Shown here: positions 53,721 to 64,000 of the stretch, piece by piece
Layout of the letters: every line of letters starts with the position of its first letter
Position numbering within the stretch: the first letter of the stretch is position 1
Assembly: GCF_006345805.1 (NCBI RefSeq)
Contig: NC_043017.1
Location: 29,574,001-29,638,000 of the forward strand
Direction: 5' to 3'
DNA length: 64,000 nt
DNA from: Octopus sinensis
Taxonomy: Eukaryota
Program-made: the position numbers and the translations under genes
The notes under the pieces: generated by a model
Database searches by the model: none
Told to the model about the DNA's origin: nothing
Seen by the model: the letters and a program-made list of their open reading frames with translations, nothing else

Positions 53721-54535
53721 TGTATCACAATTACCAAATGGTAATCAGTACACTCCCCAATTGAGAAAGATCGATTGTCTTAGGATTCGAGAATCCTCCA
53801 AATTTCATACGTCATTAAGGAAAGAAAAAAGCTTATTGCCTGGAAATAAACGCATTGTCGTGAACACATGGCCATACTTTTGAGCTACAACCATAACACG
53901 TGTTCACGACAGTGCTCTTAGCTCTAGACCAGAGTTTCACAACCATTAAAAAAAAAAAAATCTATGGAACACTTTGGTTATCATTTTATTCTGGTAGACT
54001 CCCATATCCATTTGATATTCAAAATCTAGTTTGATAGAAACTCCTTTCCAAATTCCACTTTAGTTTTTCACACATTGAGTAGGTTAATCTTTGTAAAATG
54101 CTAGAGAAAGAAACCTAGACGGTTCTTGCAATACATACAAATACACACATCTAAAGGAATTTTTTTCAGGGCCGCTTAAAATACAATTGTGAACCCCCAA
54201 TTTAGTATTTTCTTACATGGGCACGTCAAAACCTTACATAGGCCCTCAGGGGCCAATTGAAACCCAGCTGTGAACCACTCTTCAAGACAATGAGCATGTA
54301 GTTTCAATAATGTTGAATCACGTCAGGGGATTTGTGGAGCTTGAAATTATCTCGTTTTTGATGTGGAAGAGATTCTAATAGCCATTTAGTAATTATGAAA
54401 TACCTAGAGATTGAGAAATTTGAATAAATCGAATGGTTACGCTGTATGATATAGATATATACGTACCTCTCTATGTTGATCAAATACACCTCACTGACTA
54501 CTTCGAGTTTCCATATGACATAATTTTCGGAACGG

Positions 54536-54569
<34 letters not shown>

Positions 54570-55059
54570 TATATCATCTACGATATCCAGACTACAGTGG
54601 GGAAGGCCACGCACTGGATTTTGGTTAATGGCTAGAAGGTTGTGGAGTGAAACCTAGTAACCGACTGATCTAACAAACGGGGTCATCATTACAGTGACAG
54701 GCGCCGACCTGCACTAATACCGTCGAGAAGAAGGCCTCGAAACGGAGCGCAATCTCAATTGATGTCTGCCATAAGATTGTTAGCATCCGGTATGCGGAGA
54801 TTTCAACTTTTAGCACTTGCGTCTGCGTGTTGTTTTCGAAACATCTACTTTGCAGCACGCACAGAAAGTTACAAAAAACAGCATGTAATTATTGGGTTGA
54901 AAATTTCTTTTGAAAAGAAAAACTCGATGGAGGCCCGTGGGCCTCGAACTCACAAATCTATGTTTTCAGGTATATACATACACACGCACGCATACACATA
55001 CTGATACTATATATTTATTCTTAACATATTTTCCTGTTATATAGGTATTTATCGCAATA

Positions 55060-56581
55060 ATATATATATATATATATATACATGTATATATATATATACA
55101 CATGTATATACACATGTATATATACTGGTATATATATATACATATACACATGTATATATACTGGTATATATATATATACATATACACATGTATATATACT
55201 GGTATATATATATATATACATATACACATGTATATATACTGGTATATATATATACATATACACATGTATATATACAGGTATATATATATATACATATACA
55301 CATGTATATATACAGGTATATATATATATACATATACACATGTATATATACAGGTATATATATATATACATATACACATGTATATATACAGGTATATATA
55401 TATATACATATACACATGTATATATAGGTATATTATATATATACATATACACATGTATATATACAGGTATATATATATATACATATACACATGTATATAT
55501 ACAGGTATATATATATATACATATACACATGTATATATACAGGTATATATATATATACATATACACATGTATATATACAGGTATATATATATATACATAT
55601 ACACATGTATATATACAGGTATATATATATATATACATATACACATGTATATGCACATGTATATAGACATATACACATGTATATATACATATACACATGT
55701 ATATATACATATATACACTGTGTATAATATATATATACAGGTATATATATATATATATACATATACACATGTATATATACAGGTATATATATATATACAT
55801 ATACACATGTATATATACAGGTATATATATATATATATACATATACACATGTATATATACAGGTATATATATATATATACATATACACATGTATATATAC
55901 AGGTATATATATATATATACATATACACATGTATATATACAGGTATATATATATATACATATACACATGTATATATACAGGTATATATATATACATATAC
56001 ACATGTATATATACAGGTATATATATAAACATATACACATGTATATATACAGGTATATATATACATATACACATGTATATATACAGGTATATATATATAT
56101 ACATATACACATGTATATATACAGGTATATATATATACACATGTATATATACAGGTATATATATATACACATGTATATATACAGGTATATACATATACAC
56201 ATGTATATATACAGGTATATACATATACACATGTATATATACAGGTATATATATATACACATGTATATATACAGGTATATACATATACACATGTATATAT
56301 ACAGGTATATATATATACATATACACATGTAATATATACAGGTATATATATATATATACATATACACATGTATATATACAGTATATATATATACATATAC
56401 ACATGGATATATTATACATGTATATATATATACATATACACATGTATATATATATAGGTATATATATATATACAATGTATATATACAGGTATATATATAA
56501 TATACATGTATAATATATATATATATATACATGTATATATATATATATACATGTATATATATATATATGTATATATATATA

Positions 56582-56612
<31 letters not shown>

Positions 56613-56640
56613 TATACATGTATGCATATATATATCCAAT
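55060..56640. repeat. Minisatellite, 30-38-bp unit ATATACACATGTATATATAC(A/T)GG(TA)n
   Basis: Dozens of regular units; source of the 478-547 aa pseudo-ORFs. Confidence 0.95.
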
Positions 56641-57873
56641 ACATACATGTATGTATGCGTGCATATATATAATTACGATTTATGCATTATTAAGTGCTAC
56701 ACCAAAATATATTGGATTAGCCTCATGATCATATACGACTCCGAAATATGTTATCGATTTTGATGAGATTTCAAGTTAGTTTGGTAAACAAAACATCAAA
56801 CTGTTAAACTGCATCAACCTACCGTCCCCGCATCTTTACCCCGTCACCATCTTCAACTTTCTCATACTCAGTGACTTAGACTATCTCTCTTATATATACG
56901 CGTCGTCACAATGTTTGTCCTAACATAATACATTCACATCGTCTGCTTCCACTGAATTGTATTTCATTATCTGTTTTCTTCACTGCATGTTTGTCTTCCA
57001 CTGACTTGTCTCTGAATCTCACAATGCAAAGCTTGCGTGTATATATGTTTATATTTATAATTGTAGCTGTGTTTGTGTGTGCGTGTGTGTGTATGTGTCT
57101 TTTTGTAATCCTTGAGTGAGATTGTGTGTAAAGCATATTATGTAAGTATGTCGTCGTTTTTGTATATTGGTATCTAGGTCCCCGAAGAACAGAATGAATG
57201 AATATGTGATGACAGGTATCAATAAGTGGAAGAATGAAGAAACTAACGGAAGGAAAATGCAATAATGTAGTAAAGAAATATAATTTCAAATGATAAAATG
57301 TGTTTGAGAATTTACCAGGAATGTAAGTATGGTACCTAAGAAATAAGACTGTCTAGAAGAAGAATGCCGTGGCAAATACAAAAAGTAATAATAATAATAA
57401 TAATAATCAGCAGGATATGGAAGTCAGATATTTGCTAAAACACGAAAGAAGTTTTTGCGAGACATCTAATGCAAAAGAGCGCTAGAATGAATGCCAAAAA
57501 GATTGATGTTGAAAGCGTAAGAGAGCAATGGGGAAGATTGACGCTAAAAGGTAAAAGAATAATTTAGCTAAGATGCTAAAGAAGAAAGGTTGTAAAAACT
57601 ATTAGATTTTGAAATCTGAAAGAAGGATTATGAGAAAAATACGAAAGATGGATGACGCTTTAACGAGAAAGATTAACACATGACTGAAAAAGAAATATTA
57701 CATTAGAGCGGGAAATATATAATACGGATATGGAGGAGGGGAAGTTCGAGATGTTAAATTGACAGCGAAAAAATGATGGGGGCACTTAGATGTCACTTTA
57801 GTGTAGTAGAATTAAAATGTAAGCAAGACGGAATTTTTATTAAAGAAATACATACATACATTATATATATATA

Positions 57874-57907
<34 letters not shown>

Positions 57908-58548
57908 CTGCCGCATATGTTGTTTACGACCCGATGAATGTTTATTAACTTTGGGTTTAAAGTGTTTTGAGTAAATGCTTCCTCCTGAGTTGATTACGTG
58001 TGTCTGAAGAAAATGTGTTCTTATGATGAGAATGGGAGATGGGAAATGAAATAAAGAATGCAATAGACTCTTATATATTAAGAATGTGATACCCTCTGTC
58101 TAATTCCTGACACTGCTTCCTGTGTTGCAGTATTTCCGAAACTGAATTTGTTCTTTAATTGTACTCTGACTTGGTCTACTAAAAAGTACAGTACCACTTA
58201 CAATTGTAGGAAACGTTTTATACACACACTTTTCTTATTTAAACTACTTGAATGGACAAAATGTAGAAGCAGCACTAACACATGATTTCTCAACAGACTT
58301 ATAGTTACGTATGGGGTCAAGAACTAACGCCGTAATTGTAAAAGCATTTGTTGGGCTTTGGATTATTTCGCATTCCTATATTTATATTTGAGTTAGTGTT
58401 ACATTCTAAATCCATGCGAATGTGATGCTGGGTTGGGAATGTAGTAGGAGTGGAATCATTCTTTCTGTTTGTTTGTCTATCTATCTATCTTTTTCTCCTC
58501 TGTCTCTATGACTATGTCTTTCTCTCTCTCTCTCTCGCTCTTCATATA

Positions 58549-58966
58549 TTCTCCTTTACTCTTTTACATGTTTCAGTCATTTGACTGCGGCCATGCCGGA
58601 GCACCGCCTTTAGTCGAGCAAATCGACCCCGGGACTTATTCTTTGTAAGCCCAGTACTTATTATATCGGTGTCTTTTGCCGAACCGCTAAGTGACGGGGA
58701 CGTAAACACACCAGCATCGGTTGTCAAGCAATGCTAGAGGGACAAACACAGACACACAAACATATACATACACATACATACATATATATATATACATATA
58801 TACGACAGGCTTCTTTCAGTTTCTTTCTACCAAATCCACTCACAAGGCAGTGGTCGGTCTGAGGCTATAGTAAAAGACACTTGCCCAAGATGCCACGCAG
58901 TGGGACTGAACTCAGAACCATGTGGTTGGTAGGCAAGCTACTTACCATACAGCCACTCCGGCGCCT
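58549..58966 (-). mobile_element. Full-length SINE family B
   Basis: Collinear with the other copies. Confidence 0.9.
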
Positions 58967-60443
58967 ATGTATATATATATATATATATATATATACAACA
59001 TACATACATACACATAACATACACACACACACATATATATATAATATACAAACATACATACATATATATACATACATACATATACATACATAACATACAC
59101 ACATAACATACATACGTACATACATATACATATCTGTGTATTACATACATAAATCCTACAAACATGCATACGTTCACACAGTCACACATACACATGCACA
59201 CGTATGGGTGGGTTTAAGTGTATGTATGGATGTATTTAATCCATTATGGATAAGATAAGTTTTGAAAGAGAGAAACTCTTAGCAGGAAATTTATGCAAAC
59301 TCCGCCAGTTATTAAGTTTATGCGCATAACGTAAATTTTGGTTAATTTCAGAAGCCATTTTCTGATATGGTGTAAAAAGCATTGGCAAACGTAGCATAAA
59401 TTGAATATGTGTTTGCTTTGATATATATAAAGTGATTCTGGAATCTTCCGTTCGCATGATGAGTTAAAATGACAATACTCAGTATTTCATAATTGTAAAC
59501 AGCGGATTTGAAAAGAGTTAGATTTATTCTGCTTATTTGTACCCTTGAATGTGTGAACGTTATTGAAAGACTGATTCCGGTTTATTTAAATGTTATTTTT
59601 AATTCTGTAATAAATATTTCATTGAATAAATATTTCATACAAAGATTAAAGTAAAAATGAAACGGCAAACCTTACGTCTTATATATATATATATATTATA
59701 TGTATGTGTGTATATATGCACACACGCGCGCACATATGAATGTTTGTGTGTGTGTGTATGTGTGAGAGATTATCAGTGTTATGTATACCTATATATCTAT
59801 CACACACACACACATTATATATATATATATATATCATGCAGTTATCTATATAATTGTGTAATTGTCTATATAAGCGAAATCCATATAGTTTGTTAAAACG
59901 ATAATTTTTAAACAGATATTGACTGAAAGTGATTTTGTTATTATTATTTTGAGCTTGGGATTGACTGAACTTCTTTGAACGCTCATGATCTCAGTTGATA
60001 TCGTAGAGAATTCAAACATTTACAAGACATTGTTAAAAAAGCATTAATCTGAGGAAGCGCTGGTGATTGTTGGAGCTATATTTACGAAATACGTACTAGT
60101 GAGCATTAGGAAATGTGAGAGACGTAAAGCTGGGAGTATCTTTGTTGAAATTTTGAAAGAACTTTTTTAACAGTGGTATTGGGATTTGATACTGGGAAAA
60201 TTGGTAGTTTGCGATAAATTGCTGCCTGGTAACAAACGAAAAAGTGTTAGGGAGGATATAGCAAGATTATTTAAAGTTGGAGTTGAGGTGTAGACGAGGA
60301 CATACAAAAACGGAAGGCAGAACTGGGAAGAGTGCGAAATTACTAAATACATAGAACAAATGATGTATTGGGTACAAAGTAAAAAAGACATACAAAAGAG
60401 ACGCAGGAACCAACAGAAAGGGATTCGTGGAAGGCGAACCAAA

Positions 60444-60659
60444 GGCAGCGAGCTGGCAGAAACGTAAGCACGCCGGGCGAAGTGGTTAGCGGTATTTCGC
60501 CTGCCGTTACGTTCTGAGTTCAAATTCCGCCGAGGTCGACTTTGCCTTTCATCCTATCGGTGTCTATAAATTAAGTACCAGTTACGCACTGGGGTCGATA
60601 TAATCGACTTAATCCGTTTATCTGTCCTTTTTGTCCTCTCTGTGTTTAGCCCCTTGTGA

Positions 60660-60662
<3 letters not shown>
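60444..60662 (+). mobile_element. SINE A monomer (long-tail variant) ending in (TA)n
   Basis: GGCAGCGAGCTGGCAGAA head, GAGTTCAAATTCC B-box, tail ..TTTAGCCCCTTGTGAGTA. Confidence 0.9.
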
Positions 60663-60690
<28 letters not shown>

Positions 60691-60694
<4 letters not shown>

Positions 60695-60900
60695 TAATCC
60701 AAACATGAAAACACAAGGAGAAAACACAACAACGCGAGGACGTGGTACAGATACAGTATTATTGGACGCTCAGGAAGGAAAGGAAGAAGGAGGGTTTTAC
60801 GTTTCGAGCGGAGCTCTTCGTCGGAAACATAGGAGAAGGAAAGATCCAGAGAAGGGAAGACAGGAAAAAAGTGGCCAACGGTACACACGCGGTCACATTA
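60691..60900 (-). mobile_element. Short non-coding element of about 210 bp (Penelope pLTR / retrozyme-like) with its 3' end in (TA)n
   Basis: Contains the hammerhead-like motif; sister copy at 47351. Confidence 0.65.
60794..60828 (-). ncRNA. Minimal type-I hammerhead ribozyme-like motif (U4C core variant)
   Basis: GTTT-CCGACGA-A-GAGC-TCC-GCTC-GAAA-C-GTA/AAAC: stem I GTTT/AAAC, stem II GAGC/GCTC, palindromic ACGT stem III. Confidence 0.65.
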
Positions 60901-61008
60901 GGTATACATAACACTGATAATCTCTCACACCTACACACAGACAAGCATACATATGTGCGCGCGTGAGTGCAACTATACATACATAATACATACATACATA
61001 TATATATA

Positions 61009-61411
61009 TACTCTTTTTACTCTTTTACTTGTTTCAGTCATTTGACTGCGGCCATGCTGGAGCACCGCCTTTAGTCGAGCAAATCGACCCCGGGACTTAT
61101 TCTTTGTAAGCCCAGTACTTATTCTATCAGTCTCTTTTGCCGAACCGCTAAGTGACGGGGACGTAAACACACTAGCATCGGTTGTCAAGCAATGCTAGGG
61201 GGGGCAAACACAGACACGCAAACATACACACATACATATATATATATACATATATACGACAGGCTTCTTTCAGTTTCCGTCTACCAAATCCACTCACAAG
61301 GCATTGGTCGGCCCGGGGCTATAGCAGAAGACACTTGCCCAAGATGCCACGCAGTGGGACTGGATCCCGAACCATGTGGTTGTTTAGCAAGCTACTTACC
61401 ACACAGCCACT
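61009..61411 (-). mobile_element. Near full-length SINE family B
   Basis: Collinear with the other copies. Confidence 0.9.
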
Positions 61412-61455
61412 ACATATATATAATAATGACATAAGGTTTGATGTTTCATTTTTAC

Positions 61456-61491
<36 letters not shown>

Positions 61492-61906
61492 ATGTAGGTG
61501 TATGTATTTATAAGCTATTCACATTGATGCAATAATTTTAACAACCAATCTGTTCAAAATCCACGTTCTATTTATAATACGTTAGTTAATATTCCATATA
61601 GCAGGTTTACTGTGGATAATAACTGAGAATGAATTTTAAAAAAAATAAGTATAGATTTATTTCTATTAGCTTTATTATATTGTCAAAGCAGAAAAGCTGT
61701 CTTATCGATATAAAATTTGTCTCCATAATTGTCGGATGGATCTTACGTCTTTACTCACATACGGTTGTCCCTTTTTCATTCATTTAATTTTATTTCTACC
61801 ATTTACTTTAGCTTATCCCATAAGTTGATGGATCTCCAATGAATGGTTAGAATCAGCATTCACATCATCATTGCTATTGTTACAGTTCTTGTTACTGATG
61901 TTGTAG

Positions 61907-61937
<31 letters not shown>

Positions 61938-62049
61938 ATTGATCTTATGAAATTCAAATAGAAAATTAAATGTCTGTTATTATGGAAAGCCGTCTTCCAT
62001 TAGAGATTGTTTCTGGTGACACACAGTCACAAGTACACCGACACACACA

Positions 62050-62094
62050 CCTCTATCTATCTATCTATCTATCTATCTATCCATCTAACTATCC

Positions 62095-62125
<31 letters not shown>

Positions 62126-62335
62126 CATCCATCTAACTATTTCTCTATCCATCTAACTATCCATCTATATATCTATCTATCGATCTAACTATCCATCCAT
62201 ACATCCATCTATCTATCTAACTATCTTTCCATCTAACTATCCGTCTAATTATCCATCCATCCAACCATCCATTCATCTATCTATCTAACTATCTATCTAT
62301 TTAACTATCTATCTATCTATCTAGCTAGCTAGCTA
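62050..62335. repeat. (TCTA)n/(TCCA)n tetranucleotide satellite
   Basis: Directly visible. Confidence 0.92.
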
Positions 62336-62975
62336 TCGAAGTATGCACCTACCTACATGTATATATGTATGTATCTACATATATATATGTGTGTGTGTAG
62401 ATAATATCTACATATATATGCATACATGTATATATATATTTATATACATACCTACACGCACATAAGTGTATATGTGTATGTATGTTCTCGCGTGTGTAGC
62501 TTATGTCTATACACCTACACTTTAAACGCATGAATATACATATGTATATATGTATAATAACTTCGAAATGTATATTTATTCTTTTACATAGCCATTAGAG
62601 AGCAACCGTGCTGGAGCTTCGATTTAATGAATTCTAGTCGAACGAACCGACCGCCCTGCTTTTTAAGCGTGGTGCATATTCTATCAGTCGATTTAGCCAA
62701 ACCGCTAAGTTACGTGAATATAAACCCTCAAACAACAGACATACATATATATATAAATTATTGAGGTGTCTAGTCACTATTTGCAACCGAAAAGCAACAA
62801 GTATAGTTACCATTATGTGACGGACGATGTTATTGAGCGTGTAAATATGTGTGTGTGTATATATATATATAAATTATATATATTTGTATGTGCGTGTATG
62901 TAGCTCAGCGATTATGCGCGTGTATATGTCTCTGTGTCATACAATTTACCTGTCATCTGCAACTCACAGCTCCAT

Positions 62976-63010
<35 letters not shown>

Positions 63011-63834
63011 TGTGGTGTGTGCTTGTGTGTATGCGTATACACACACACACATTCATACATGCATTATCAACGGCACCTGTTCTCCCGATAAAAGTACTTT
63101 CCTCGTACTTTCCTTACAATCTCCATTCTCTTTTCCTCTCTTTACACATCACTTTTCCGCCAAATTATTCTTGCGTACACATTCACACATGCATATATAA
63201 AATTAAAAAACACACCCCCATATATTATTAAACACATACACATATGTAAAGATTCTTTTTCTACACGTCTTTATCCATCAAGTTGTCACCTACTTATTCC
63301 ACCACCATCACCAACATTTGTCATCTAAATACAGTTGTCACTCGTTCTAAAACTATTTTTCTGTCATCAACGATATATTTTATCGTATCTAAATTTTCTT
63401 CAATGGAATCGCACTCTTTCACTCTTCACCCCACTCGTTTTCCCCGCCACTTCCCCGCTATCTCTCTCTCACTCTCTCTGTCACTGATGAACATTTCTTT
63501 AATATATCGTTATACGTTCCGCATATATAATAATTGAAATCGTAGCGCATTCGTATCTATGTTACTGGTTTTTGCGCCTTCGTTCTGGAAGCAAATAAAA
63601 GTCTATAAAACTCACAATGTGACGACATAAATGGTAAGTCTTCAATAAATGAACACTTTCTGGTATTGTATTGCATTGATTTACTTGAACTGCGTTTCTA
63701 ATAGTACACCACACAGCATAGAAATACACATGCATACAAATGTAAGTAGACGTACACACAGGAACACGCATATGTCCATGATTATGCATACGTACGTATG
63801 TGTGTATAAATACAACAAGCATACGCACATATAT

Positions 63835-64000
63835 AGACATACATATACACACACACATATATATATATCTATACACACACACATACGTACATATATATAC
63901 ACACACATACGTGCATATACATACACACACATACGTGCATATACATACACACACATACGTACATATACATACACACACATACGTACATATACATACACAC
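63835..64000. repeat. 24-bp tandem repeat ACACACATACGT(G/A)CATATACATAC, running off the window edge
   Basis: Directly visible. Confidence 0.9.

Noticed and set aside
54720-54950. CCGTCGA..CTCGAAAC motif and the GAGGCCC-GT-GGGCCTC hairpin
   Set aside because: Stem II is only 2 bp, and the hairpin is not followed by a Helitron CTRR end.
54966-56664. ORFs of 400-547 aa, and similar Y/I/C/V/H/T-rich ORFs at 3.2, 12-14, 17-19, 45.6 and 51-53 kb
   Set aside because: Translations of TA/CA microsatellites, which lack stop codons in several frames; not genes.
57420-57800. Purine-rich, Lys/Arg-rich stretch as a possible decayed ORF
   Set aside because: Many stops and no identifiable motif.
63545-63640. 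Exon-like segment ending in ATG|GTAAGT
   Set aside because: All three frames contain stops between the acceptor and donor; a UTR exon cannot be supported from sequence alone.

Overview
AT-rich eukaryotic DNA saturated with microsatellites and repeats. The SINE repertoire looks like a coleoid cephalopod, most likely Octopus (inferred from recalled repeat families, not searched). No intact protein-coding gene is supportable: almost the whole ORF track is translated (TA)n/(CA)n/trinucleotide sequence. The window holds many copies of two tRNA-headed SINE families (called A and B here), CORE-like SINEs, a decayed DD37D (maT) Tc1/mariner transposase, two RTE-clade LINE 3' fragments, a TTAA-type MITE and several long compound satellites. 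The main observations are: (1) short elements ending in (TA)n tracts that carry minimal type-I hammerhead-ribozyme-like motifs; the best copy is at 60794-60828 (-) and a sister copy at 47351 starts at the predicted cleavage site; (2) a perfect 130-bp inverted repeat at 15581-16032 and a 33-bp fold-back at 29440-29528; (3) a tandem SINE-A form with a fixed 184-bp period at three loci, one flanked by a 19-bp TSD; (4) strong orientation bias of SINE B. A few weak exon candidates are listed at low confidence.
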